Source: Tubulanus polymorphus
Taxonomy: Eukaryota > Animalia > Nemertea
Reading direction: 5' to 3'
Assembly: GCF_964204645.1 (NCBI RefSeq)
Contig: NC_134028.1
Location: 5,828,001 to 5,892,000 of the forward strand
Length of the DNA: 64,000 bases
Shown here: positions 14,701 to 26,982 of the stretch, piece by piece
How the letters are laid out: every line of letters starts with the position of its first letter
Numbering within the stretch: the stretch's first letter is position 1
Program-made: the position numbers and the translations under genes
Notes under the pieces: model-generated
Told to the model about the DNA's origin: nothing
Seen by the model: the letters and a program-made list of their open reading frames with translations, nothing else
Databases searched by the model: none

Positions 14701-17700
14701 AAAAGGTATAGTTCCATCATAGCTTGGTCATTTTGATTACTTAAAAAAGGCACTTTTTTGCTAAAAAAATTACACTAAACATGTATTTATTTAAAAAGGA
14801 TATCATTGACACTGATGCCTTTTTTCTTAAATGCCTTTTTTCAAATTCTGACATGGTCAGAAATAACAGCTAGATCCACCCTGATCCTCACTTGCCAGGG
14901 TTTGATTGCTTCCCGCCGCACAGCTCACACCAACACAAACCCTCTAGGCACCCACCAGTCTATGTATTAACCCAATCAGACACGCTACTTTCCATCTAGG
15001 TCCTATTTAATTTAAACACCATCAGAGGGGCCTGACAAAAACTTTTTGACCCCAGTATCAGGTACTATTCTTAAAGGGTAACTGACACTTTTTTTTAATT
15101 TCAAAATATGATGTATTCTATTGATCTATACACTCATCTTCAACCGTTCTGTTCAAAAATGTTAAGTTCACGCGCAATTTGTGATTTTATAACATGATTT
15201 TTGACCTCATTTCATTGTTTACATCGCTTACTGTTCAGCATCGGCTAAATCAGCAGGGGCGCGCTGCAACGTCATTAACGGGACAGCTGAGAAATAGCCT
15301 AGCGTCTATAGAAATGCGTTGTTGAATTTTGAGGAAACTGCGTGTATTTTCTGTTATATCTCAATGCCTGATTGTTCTTCAGCTTTGAAACTGGCCAGGA
15401 AGGCAAAAGGATCTATTGTCTATTGCATAAACCTATTTCAAAGAATCAATGAGTAGGCCTAATTTGAATAGGCTAAATCCATCAAATTGAAGATGCAGAT
15501 TTCAATGCACTGCGTAACGGTACACTATGCTAAGCTCTCAGCACTGTTACTGCTGTTCTACAGTTCACCTATACAAAATGTAGTTCAGCACCACAGGCAC
15601 AAAATGTCTTAGCTGGTAAAAGTGCAGATTCGCACCTCTCGTGATTGACGCAATCTACTGAATTACAAATCACTGTTCTAACTTCAGAATGTCTCACAGA
15701 ATCCAATGCAGTTATTTATTTTATGATATCTCTTCTAGAGAGCAGATTTTTGGCCCGGTTTTTTATCCCAGAATCGTGACGATCTTTCAGTAGGATGCCT
15801 TATTGGATTAGGAAATCTAAAGTTAAGATTTGTCTTAAGTTATAACTGAAACGATGTGAGGGTAATCAGTAGGCCTACATAAAACTAATCAAATTTTTGT
15901 CAACTGTCACTGGGGTTATTAATGCTAACCAAATTTCAAGATATCATCGTTGAAATAGACAAGAAATTTATATTTTCTTCCTCAAAATGAATGGGTCATG
16001 AAACATTGTTTCAGCAATATTCTAAACAAATCTTCACTTTAGATTGACCCATCCAATATGGCGTCCGGTTCAAAAATCGTGACGATCTCGAGACAAAATA
16101 CAGGCTAAAAATGTACTTTCTAGTGAAGATACCATAAAATAAACCAGTGTACTGAATTGCTGATGACATTTTGGGTCTGAATCAGTGATATTTAATGTAG
16201 CCTAATTGATTGAACCATTTTAAGAGAGGTGCGGATCTGCACTTTTACCTCTTAGCCTATAGGACAGATTTTGATCTCAAAAATAAATAGGCCCTAAATT
16301 CATATTCATTTGCTATTTATCCTACTATTTTTCATAGGCCTAGGCCTGTATAATAGCTAGATATAGACTAGTGCCGAGCAGCAACCTGTCTGCCCAGGTC
16401 TTGGACGGTGTTAGGCAGACCAATCGGAGGGTCTGCGGCCGGGAGACAACCCAATCGAGGAGCATGGGTCTCATAAACATTAGTCATCACTCTAGTCTCT
16501 AATCGTCTACAATAATAATAAAACCATGTTTTGTCCTTACTTTTAACTTTTTCGATGTGGCTCTGTTTTTACCGTACTTTGTTTGTGGACTCGGAGGAGG
16601 CAGGTCGGACAACAAAATGAATCGGCTAGCTAGGCCTAATAATGTTACGAGCCCTTGAAGTGACACTTTAGATATGTGAAACTGGTACCACTGGGGTAAA
16701 ACACGTGTAGCCGTGTAACTCAGCAGGCTCTAGCAGAAATTCAATCGAAGGATCTTAAATAGGGCCTATTAAAGCGGATACTCCACACACCGCTTCTACG
16801 GTGGCCGTGACGTACATAACGGTACAGTACGGTGATCCGTGAGTGCAAATCGTTGCACTTTTTTCTCTAAAGATCCCCTGCTAGATGCACCCCGATTTGA
16901 TCGATTGCTTTCCAAAAGCGATTAGGGCCTGGTCTAAATGAGAAAAGCTGACGAAAAAGAATTCCAAAGCCAACTTGAAATTCATTGGATGTAGCTGCTC
17001 TTAATAAAAGGCCTACAAGCTGCAGGCCTATGAAGGCGAATAAAGGAGGGTACGGCCTAAACACTATATCGAACAATTAAAAATAACTTATTTTCAATTT
17101 CAGGTGTCGGATAATATTCACTTAGGGATTAACCTCGGGACGGCAGAGGAAATTTAAATATTCTTTTCTTAAATCCCGTTATTAAGCGCTTGATCATATC
17201 ATATATCACATATTTTAAAGATTTTATTAACTTCCTATATTTATTGTCTAAGTTTGCGATTACGTACTGGTACTTTTTATCTTTTAATATTTATTGTCAT
17301 AAATTTGTACCGTCGGAATTATATGGGCATTTTTAACATCCAACCAATCTATCACCTAGGGAAAACTCAATCAACCACTACGCGCGTAGCCTCCATTTAA
17401 AACGATTTGACGAGCGCCTCCCAAGAGAGGACTGGACTAGGTCTATAGGCTCTTGAAAAAGTTGGTTAAAGATAACCGGCGGATACAAGTCAACTATCCA
17501 TTATGGTTACTCTAACCATGGACGTATATACGTCCATGCTCTAACCAACTTTTGACTGAGCAACTCACCCGAGATGGTACAATAGGCCTAGGCTAGACTA
17601 AATAATGATTATATTTTCAACTCACATATCGTCAAACTTATTTCACTGCTACCACAATCCATCTCCTTAATGTTGTAGATCAACTTCAGTATAACCACAC

Positions 17701-17920
17701 GCCTTAATCCCAAAAATTTGACTGAAATGGTAAAATATTTCAAAATTGAACACAAGGCATGATACAGACAATCAATCATCCAAATCGAATACCCGGTATC
17801 TAGATCAAATTTATGATAAAACAATGTTGTTGGCCTTCGTGTGAAAAATTAAATCGAGACTCTAAAAGAAAACCTTACTTACGCGGACGCGAAACGGCTC
17901 GTGGAATGAGCGGAATGAGT
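5774..17920 (-). CDS. Probable upstream short exons of the transposase transcript (low-complexity N-terminus)
   Basis: Chain of short phase-1 GT-AG exons: ~5859-5774 (VDGNEVLESP...), 9786-9697, 10136-10038, 10291-10223, 11475-11377, 12605-12516, ~13653-13607 and ~16600-16541. A strong donor (gtaagtaag) lies at ~17880 after a GC-rich promoter-like stretch. Connectivity is not proven. Confidence 0.45.
7263..8096. mobile_element. Degenerate non-autonomous TIR element
   Basis: ggctg..tgtcgacaagc at ~7263 pairs with gcttgtcgacaccagcc at ~8096. Internal repeated ttatgtcga and gcaact motifs. Confidence 0.5.
9690..12800 (-). repeat. Four-copy duplicated exon plus flanking intron blocks
   Basis: 90/99-bp exon copies at 9697, 10038, 11377 and 12516. 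The intron block ttccactgccacatcatc(t/c)tttgacatcacacac recurs at ~9860, ~12370 and ~12676. Confidence 0.9.
11981..12200. repeat. Perfect 110-bp direct tandem duplication
   Basis: gggtcaaattgagtaaaacaccccc...ctactgggattttg occurs at 11981 and again at 12091. Confidence 0.9.
15075..16336 (-). mobile_element. Truncated inverted copy of the TTAA-flanked element at 26983-28413
   Basis: Begins ttaa|agggtaactgacac and aligns to the reverse complement of 28413 back to ~27825, interrupted by the 15615-16249 insertion. Confidence 0.85.
15615..16249. mobile_element. Nested foldback MITE with ~8-bp target duplication
   Basis: TIRs ggtaaaagtgcagattcgcacctctc / gagaggtgcggatctgcacttttacc. Flanks are tcttagct / tcttagcc. 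The insertion is absent from the paralogous copy at ~27900. Confidence 0.85.
17510..17545. mobile_element. 22-bp perfect palindrome with 7-bp direct flanks (micro-MITE)
   Basis: ctctaac CATGGACGTATATACGTCCATG ctctaac. Confidence 0.65.
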
Positions 17921-18291
17921 GGAGTGGGAGTTCCAATGCAATCGCGTAGTGCGCAACCAATCATGTACCCGTATATTCATAGGCGCTATGCCTAAAACGT
18001 ATCATGTGAGATAAACGCCAGAAGCGGGCAGGCATTCTTTATCACTAGGGGCCTAGATACTGAGTTAATGGCTAGATCTTGTTTTATTCGATCATTAGGA
18101 GAAACCCGGCGGAATGATCCTTAAGGCCTTTTTGAGGGCACGGATTATGGGAGGATAACAGGGAAAACGCAATTTTTTCATTATTCTATTAATTTTCAAT
18201 AAAGTATTTTCCTGACCGAATCTTGAAAACATCCAAAAATTAGCGAAAATTGTTTTTAAATCAATTCAAATGCTGGGGAAGAGAAGCAACA

Positions 18292-19308
18292 TATATGAAA
18301 GGCTGAATCCAAGAACATGTCTATCGCACTTTTGAGCCCAAACGTCTACTTTTACTTAATAGTCACTTGAGAACAATAAGCAATTAACTATATCGGCTAC
18401 TTTTCCAGTAGTATACATTTCAAAACAGTCACTCTGAAATTGTATTCCTTTCAATTCGGTTGGTTTTCTAAAGTGGCTGTTTGGAATAGTCTACTATTGA
18501 AAAGTGACCATGAAAACATCTGGTTGCGATAGTGCACACAAGCAGTAGAGGTGACTGTAAAACCACTCGCCTGTAAACAGTGACTTTGTGATAGTAACTC
18601 CTACTATAACGGCTGCTCCAAAACATATCGTTTCTAAAAGTCAGCTATTGAAAAGTGACCATTTTGAGATCGCTTGCCAGATTCCCTGTTATATATACAC
18701 TGTAGCAACATATGCTTCAGATTTGCAGTGATACGTGACAATATAAACATACTGAGAAACTCTACTCACGCTGTATAGTTCTATTTAGAGTGACTCAGTT
18801 AAGATCTGAAGATATTGTAGATACTCTTTGAGGATGTGAAAAATAATAAAATAATACGCCAAAATGTACGGTGTTCGAACTTCGCTGAATCGATGAACCA
18901 ATGATCATTTAAGATAATTATCAGTTTTTTCCAACTAAACTCTTTTTCACAAATTGTCGTAAAATAATAACTACTAATATGTGGCACCATATTCGACGAC
19001 AGAAGTGCATTCAGAGTAATAACGTTACCAATACTTGAATTCCGATGCGAATGCGGGCTAGAACCAACAAAGGTACCGATTTAAGGTGCAGATATACAGG
19101 GAATCCCTATCATAGCGACCAACACGGTTGTATATCGCTTCCGTGCCGAAAAGTGAATAATTTTCAACCTAAACGACTACAGGACCCGACGAAGTCGAAT
19201 AAAATACTCTAATCCGTTAACTGTAGATAAATGAAGAAATTCCACGATAGAATTTTGTATCATAAAATTTACTAAGTTAACATGTTCTTGGATTCAGCCT
19301 TTCATATA
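18292..19308. mobile_element. ~1.0-kb MITE with perfect 29-bp inverted ends, TA-flanked
   Basis: tatatgaaaggctgaatccaagaacatgt (18292-18320) and its exact reverse complement (19280-19308). Confidence 0.8.
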
Positions 19309-20732
19309 CTCAGGTCGAAATTTAGAAAATAATTTCAAATCCAAAATCAGAATTTCAAATCCTACGTTGTAGATTGAGTTAAAGTGAGATCTTAATTAGT
19401 CTGAATGTAGGCTAATAAGTGGAATGATTCATACCTTTAAAGAATAAATGATACGTGATATTGTGCAAATGTGATATGTGAATCCTTCATATACAGAGTC
19501 GATTTGCAAGCTTTAGATAATATTTTCTAGAAAGGATTCATGCCACGAGCAATCATCTCAATGACATAAATGCTCGTAGATTCATGTGACAGGTTTGAGG
19601 CCTCTGGCAACGGATAATGCCAGATTGCCAAGAAAACAAACTTTGAGTAGCCTATAATCAGGTCGCCATTAAGTATCTCAGCAAACATAGGCCTAATGCT
19701 TGTTGATTTTATAACAAATAATAGGTGAGAAGCTTCCTCAGACCAGAGCAACCAGGTTTAACTACCATAAATGATAAAGAGAAACATGAAAATAATCTTA
19801 GATATTATTCTAATATAGGCCTTTATCTGAAGAGATCGTTTCGCAGATCAAATCTATGTGTATAACATGTCATGATTATTCATAAAATAAAAAAGACAAA
19901 TTAAGAAAGTACATGTATAATATTTCATAAACTTGATTGTTTTGCTATATAGGCCCCGTAACGAGCTGAAAATCGTGCTGTGCACGTTGCGTCCGCATTA
20001 TTCGGTATATGGTCAAAATGTCCCCGGGAAAAATTGTCCCCAGAAAAAATGTCCCCAGTCTATCATTACTCACTTGGTAATGTAGTTAATTTCACATCAT
20101 AATAACTCCAGAGAACAAACTTGGTAAAATATTTGATAACAATTTAAACATTTTATAACAAATAATGGCTCTACTATGATTTAATTATATTTGCATTTTA
20201 GATTTAAAATGTTCCTAAATTTGACGTATTAATTGAAGAAACTGTGCATCTACTTTATAACTTTTCATAATTTTTTCTATTAATGATGTGTAATTTAGCA
20301 AATGGCGCATTCAATTCAACAGTAAAATCTTCTTAAATTTGACGTATCATGTAATGAGTTCACGTGTTCTCAATAGGCAAAATTGATTAATGCCAAAGGC
20401 CTATAATTCTCATAGTCACTCAATGAATTCTTTTTTTATGGTTAATGTGCAATTTACTCGGTGTTTTGATGTAGTTGTTTGATGTGAAACTTGCTAAATT
20501 TTTCATTGGATAAAATTAACCCATCTTCAAGGCATTCAAAACCTCAGAAAGGCAAATATCAATAAAAACCATTCCGACTAAATGACTTTCGAATTCCCGC
20601 CTCGATCGATTTGCTGCTCGTCGAGAAATTCACGATTCACATGTACCACAAAATTCACGAAATCACGCTGATGTTATATCATATATTCACGTGCACCAGT
20701 GCCTCTCACTATTATCAATCGATATTGCATTA

Positions 20733-20969
20733 GGCAGGCGGATCCAGGGGGTATCGGGGGTTTCGGAACACCGTCGAGCTTTGTCCATGCTCCTGGACTA
20801 TCCCTCAATCTATTACAAGTTTAGTATAAAAGTTACTTTGTGTCATATTAGTGAAATATTAAACTTCATTCACATGGCAAAATGTCCCTTTCTTCTCAGT
20901 TTTGAGTTCGGCCTATTGAGTGCTCTTAATTTGGAACACCCTCGAGAGAGGACCCTGGATCCGCCCTTG
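20733..20969. mobile_element. hAT-like MITE (GGCGGATCCAG...CTGGATCCGCC)
   Basis: ggcggatccaggg at ~20737 pairs with ccctggatccgcc at ~20965. Related end fragments occur at ~23657, ~30826 and ~31713. Confidence 0.6.
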
Positions 20970-20975
20970 ATAAAT

Positions 20976-21715
20976 CGGTTGTAGGTAAAAATCCCCTGGG
21001 TAAAAATCCCCTAGGTAAAAATCCACAAATATTCAAAGTAGGTAAAAATCCCCACTTGTTGAATTTCAAGGACATTTCAAAGCAAGATGTTTCTCCAATT
21101 TTGTTCGTTTGCAATGAGACTGAAATATGTTTAAACTGTGCAATGAAATCTTTTGTTGCGATAAATTCTTAAGAACATTCTTAGAATAAAATAAATAATT
21201 GTTAGAATAAATAAGAATAATGAACTTTTTATTTGTAATATCTTAAAATTCGAACTGGAATATTTTGAACTGTGAACTCTTGTTAACTTGTGGTATATTT
21301 CAGCTGTGCGATGCCATGAATTATTAGAAATAATGTACTTTTAATTTGAACTATTTTAGATTTAAGCTAGTGTAATTTAATTTGAACTATTTTAGATTTA
21401 AGCTAGTGTATTTGAAATGTGCGATGAACCTTTTCATTCAGTTATGCGATCACTTTAAGTACTAATTGAGTATCAATGAACTGTTAATTTGTAGTGTTTT
21501 AATTCAAATAGTTTAAACTATAGTTTGTATGCTCATGATATCCTTATGGTGTTCCACAGAATAATATGAATAAATTGGATATATGTATCAATAATATGAA
21601 TTGATTAACCTAAAGATTGTATCTACTTAGACTGCATTCGAAAGGAGGGGGATTTTTACGTACCTACTTCGAAGAATTGGGTATTTTTACCTAGGGGCTT
21701 TTTACCGCTAAACCG
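20976..21715. mobile_element. MULE-like MITE with CGGTT termini and GGTAAAAATCCC subterminal repeats
   Basis: cggttgtaggtaaaaatccc... / ...gggcttttaccgctaaaccg. Flanks are tgataaat / atataaat. Confidence 0.75.
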
Positions 21716-22189
21716 ATATAAATCTTGTCACAAAATCGTTTCACTATTCATTATAGCTAAAATTGTTTCACTGGCCCCCAATGACCCCCACCTGTTTTAG
21801 CGTATAAAAATACGTTCCGGTATAACCTGGCGCGGGCCTGCTGTTGAATGTTAGCAATCTCTATTTCAAAATCGATGATTTCAAAGATCATGTTAGTTCG
21901 CTAGATCTACGAGCACTGAAACGTTACTCGTGGGCTAGATCAACTTTCATCAATTCTTCCACAAATAAAATGAGTCGCAAAACGAAGACAATTTTCGACA
22001 AAACGGCACGATTTACTAACATGGCACCCATTTCATAGATTAACCCAGGGCCGGGGTACTCGAGATATTTGTGGATTTTTTTAAAGTCACCTCGGGCCAT
22101 CATATATGACCTAATAATCTTAAGTCGCAATGAAACATTCTATAATATGATCATGAGACAGTAGGCATTAGGTTTAAAATAATGTCATT

Positions 22190-22440
22190 TTTATGCACGT
22201 AGCTTGGTAAAAGGCACAGATTATCCAAGGTGAACATTGTGAAACACCACGGCAAATTTGAAATTTTTGAAAACTATTAAAGTTTTTCATAACATAAGAA
22301 TATACATACATATAAGAATATATATACATAAGTATCTTATTGACTTTTGCTGTGAAATCAAATTTGGACGGTTTTTTATCCGGGAATTTTACCTGAGGAC
22401 ATTAACCGGGGGATTACGTATTAGGCCTACCTGTTATCGA
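22190..22440 (+). repeat. Dispersed repeat shared with 30553-30768 (end of a MULE-like MITE)
   Basis: ttttatgcac..gtagctt.gtaaaag.cacagattatccaaggtgaa...caccacggcaaattt occurs in both copies. Both end acctgtta(t/c)cg. Confidence 0.8.
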
Positions 22441-24136
22441 TAAAAATATATATCTGAGTTGAAAAATGAGTGTGCGTTTTATTGTTTCATAATTTTTTTT
22501 GGAATATGCACATGTCCTTAATCTTCTAAAATGAATTTACTTTTTATTTCTATAGGCGTTGATGAATATAAAAAACTCATAAACTGAAAAGAAAGATCTT
22601 TTCGGTTTATGAGTTTGCAGAACTTTACTTGTTCTATGATTTAAAGTAAATGACACGGGCGTTTTTAGACCACAAAATTGTATTTCATTCATTCTTCAAC
22701 AAAAGATCACATGAGGCCAAATATAAAACTGAAGACTGGCGGACTGTGCTTATACATGTATCGTTTATGGTAGATACTCGTTCCAGATGTTAGCATTTCC
22801 CGCCGATTGCCACAAGGGATAAGAATAGCATTGTAGCCAGCTGAAACCACACACGAAAATCTAAATAGCAGCAGAGCGGAGACCTTCCCGTAGGCCACAT
22901 GGTGCACTGTAAACAACGCTCAAGTTTGACCTATGCCGTATCTGAGACCGTGTACTCTAAAATGCTGAGAGCTCCCGCCGTAGAAACATATTTTATTCTA
23001 AAGCCTTTGCAAATTTTGTCAGTTTTACAACCTGTATAGTATATCCTGTGGTGTGAATATGTCAGCTGATGTTCATGTCAGCATCCAACATCAAAGTGAT
23101 ATTATGATCTTGTGACTAAAAATACGTATTTCACTATCTTGATATTCTTATCATAATCGCAAGTTCCAGACGTATTAAAAGAGGAATAATTTCATTCAAA
23201 TTTTGAAAAATCGAACAAAAACTGGTTCTATTGAAAATATGGATTTTCTGTTTAGCGGAAATTATGAGCATTTATGAAATGTAACGCATTAACAAATCTC
23301 AGTGTTGTTCACGGCGTGAAGACCATACTACTATTCTATTTTGGGGGTAGATTTTCCATGGACCCAAACTCTGTGAAAATATGGTGAATAAAGTAGCTTT
23401 TTGTAAAACACATATTTTTCGACCAAACCTTTAAAAACATTCTAGCTGCGCAACCGCGAAATATTTTCTTCGGGCCTGGTTCGCTTAAAATTAAATACCT
23501 GGCTTGTTGTCGTGTGAGAACAATGGTCACGATTTTAGTTATTTACCCCCTAATGATATTGATCGTAAACGATTGGATTTTTAGAGCAACCGGTTAAAAT
23601 GCCGTCTCAATATTTGGCCAATACGTTTTGATCTTCGGCATATGTCTATCCACACCAGGGACGGATCCAAACCGTGTCACGGGACGGCCAAAATTGTTTG
23701 TGCCCTTCGAAAATCTATTTGATTATAAGGTTATTTGGCCCACACGGCCGTTAGAAGCTATGGACAACGCCTGGTTCAGGGGTCATAACATTTGATACGT
23801 GACATGTGACGTCTTTATTATATATTGATATAGCCGGGCCTCCTGCATGTTCTATCTAGCGAGGACCCCATTATCAAATAGTTAGGCCCGCTAGGCTGTT
23901 AGAGGTTGGGCAACACAACCCAGATCACAGAGGAAAAAACCATAAATATGGATTCCCGTTTTTTTGTATGCAGTGAAGTTTGTATTTCATGACCAGAATA
24001 AAAATTTTTTGCGTAAACAATTATATGATTTATTGTATAGTTTTTAAAAATCCTTGTCGACTCGATTCAGCTTGCGACTTAATGAAATACTGAACTTGTA
24101 ACATGTGCTCTCAAAGTACGATCTATAGCTATTGTG

Positions 24137-24181
24137 GGATAGACCTACGAGCAATTGTTAGATAATTGCTCGTAGGATAGA
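24137..24181. mobile_element. 31-bp hairpin with 7-bp direct flanks (micro-MITE)
   Basis: gatagac CTACGAGCAATT gttagat AATTGCTCGTAG gatagac. Confidence 0.6.
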
Positions 24182-25946
24182 CCTTCCGTTTTATATCACT
24201 ACTCTACTATCATAGACCGGTCTAAATTTCGTCGTGTGAACGCGCCTTATCATATTTGATTGTTCGAGGTTCCTGAAATCCCCGATCGGTTGTACTCGAT
24301 TCTGAATAATGAAAGAGTAATAAAACAAAGAGCAGAGGCATACGGGATTTTCACGTGGAGTGGGGGTGTTTTTAGGCGGATTTCGCTGCTCGTCGTCCCA
24401 AGAAACCTTAAAAATTAGTCCTATTTTCATGCATTCTGATAATCACGATTCAAAATGCACCTTGTATGCCTACTTTGCAGTAAAGCGTTGAAAGACTGGG
24501 TATAGATAATAAAGAAAGATTTTCAAAAGTTAATCATTTGTTGATTTACGTTAAAACTCAAGTTAGTCTCTTTCGATTTTGGAACCTTCTTCTTCACATG
24601 TCATGTTATTGTTACACCTTGGATCAGTAATCATATGGTTACACTGCACATGCACTATATCCGATACAGTTGATCAGCAAGCGTATTAACCGAATTGGTT
24701 TACTAGGGAAATGAGACACTGTTCGAACATTTATCGTTTTAACGAATTGTTCGTATCATCGTGTTAGTTCACAGTATCAAACTACTTGTATTTTTACTAG
24801 TAATTTGTGTACCGATACATTCCACTATGTTATAAGAATTAACAAAATCGTATTTTATTCAATGACAATCATGTTCCTGACGATGACTGTCTTTGTATCC
24901 TACAAAGATATGTTTAACCGTTCAAATTATTAACAGCTCCTGCGCGTATATATTCGTCTTGAAAGTACATATTTCTATGATGAATCTTATCTTCAATCTT
25001 ATTTGTATGAAGAAATGAAATGTTGTGTAAACCTCATTCATCAATTTGACTTGTTAGATATATGAACGAAATGATGAGATAAAACTGGAAATGATATGGA
25101 GAAAAATTTCAACAATGTGCCTGGGTAAAAAGGCTTTGTAGCCGACGAATATGGCTATGCGGTGTAGAGCTCTAAAGTTAGTGGATTACATGTGGCTGTT
25201 TACTTAGGACGCCATACAATTAGGTTTTTATGCGAAATATATTCATTTTCTTGATTCGCGGAAAGTTCGGTGATAAGTCCAGCCCTTGATAGAACGCGTA
25301 CAAAACGATTTTAGCCCATTTTTAACACGGAACAAGCTTTTCTGTTCGACTTCCTGTGAATTTTGTCTAGTGGAGGTATATTAAATGTGTATTTAACCGA
25401 TTTTTTTTTCGAGTATCAATTCCTTTTCTGAAGACATAGCAGCGATCTTAGACACAGAATGAATAATGAAAAAATGATTCTCCAAAAAGTTCATCGAGCA
25501 GCAATCTCCCGCATAATATCCACCAACCCCCTTGATTTTGACGATTTTACTCTACTGTAAATTCTATCATTTATCTTAACTGGGTCAAGGAAGTGTAAGT
25601 TTCCGGACTAGGTCAACTACGTACGTACCATCTGTTTGGCCGGAGTCTGAATGCGCGCACTTTATTTCGAGTGGTCGAGAAGTCGCACGAAGCAAAATCG
25701 GGTAGCAGCTTTTCTTAAAAGTTCTAATAATCTATCGAGATGTGTAGCAAAAGTGATTCAAATGGATGGACATTTTTGTATGCGGATGGCTTAACGAAAA
25801 AGGTCATGTTAAGAATCGGAATGCAGGTTGTCGGTCAAGTGAAGAAGTTGCGTTGTGATAAGACCACGAATGACGGATTCATATCGGTAAGTGACTTTAG
25901 ATTCATTGTCTTAAGAAATTCACCATGTAAATGAATATGAAAAATT

Positions 25947-26365
25947 CGGTTAGCGGTAAAAATTCCCAATTCTTCAAATAGGTAAAAATTCCCATTTTTT
26001 GACTTAGAGTGTTAGTAGATACAATCTTAAGGTCAATGTAGTCAAATTATTGATACAATTTAATTCATATTCACATTTACTGTACGGTATAACATGAATA
26101 TCATGAGCATTCTAATTATCGTGCAATTGAAATTAGAAAATACTACAAATTAACAGTTTATCAATACTAAATTAATACTAAAAGTTATCGCACAGCTCAA
26201 ATATATCGCAAATTGAAAAAGTGTTCATCGGACTTTACATTACGCTAGGTTGAAATAAAAATAGTTCAAATTAGTAATTCATCGAAGAATTCAAAGTAAA
26301 ATATACAACAAGTCAAAAGGATTTCACAGTTCAAAAATATTCGAGGTCAAATCTATAAATACTAG
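25947..26365 (-). mobile_element. Diverged partial inverted copy of the 20976-21715 MITE
   Basis: Starts cggttagcggtaaaaattcccaattcttc. agtagatacaatctt and further blocks match the reverse complement of 21240-21715. Confidence 0.75.
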
Positions 26366-26765
26366 GATAGAACCTGTCCTGGACACGGATTTTATCATGA
26401 TTGAGTTTGAGTTGATTATTTTCTCATCTTGAAAATTGGTCCTGCTTATTGAAATCATAAATTTCGAAATCCACTAATTTAAATACTGGTTTTTCTCCAC
26501 ATAATCAATTATTATCCAGACGTATCAACTCTACTTGATTTTGGTAAATGTCACTATGTGTCACTCTGTTATCGCCACCCTCTTCAGTCCACTTCACTTA
26601 GTTACATAATTTGTTTTTACTCTGAACTGTTTAGAATTGCTGTGGTTTCCACGGTACCCCTTGGTGTTTTATTGCTTGGTCTGTTTATCTTTATAGTTTT
26701 GACACACTGCTTCTATTTTAGATCCTGTGAGTTAATATGCTTTGTTACTTGTTTTTCTGGTCATT

Positions 26766-26807
26766 CCATCTGATGATGGCTGTTAATCAACAGCCGAAAC
26801 GTTGTGG
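26766..26807 (+). ncRNA. Minimal type I hammerhead ribozyme (Penelope-like pseudo-LTR type)
   Basis: ccat CTGATGA t ggctgtt aatc aacagcc GAAA cg tt gtgg: intact core, 7-bp stem II, palindromic AACGTT stem III, stem I ccat/gtgg, followed by aataaa. Confidence 0.8.
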
Positions 26808-26982
26808 TTTCATAATAATAAATTGAATCGTATAATTTTAAATGCGAAGTGTGGGATTTCTTCATTTTTTATACGTAACGTAATATATAGTGAGTCACTG
26901 CTGTATAGGAAAGTTTCAGTTACCAGGCGCCTTGCCATTTTGAGGCGGTCCCACAGGTCCCGCATTATTGCACATATTTTAC

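Noticed and set aside
24480-25930. Possible decayed coding or transposase remnant
   Set aside because: No sustained frame or recognisable motif.
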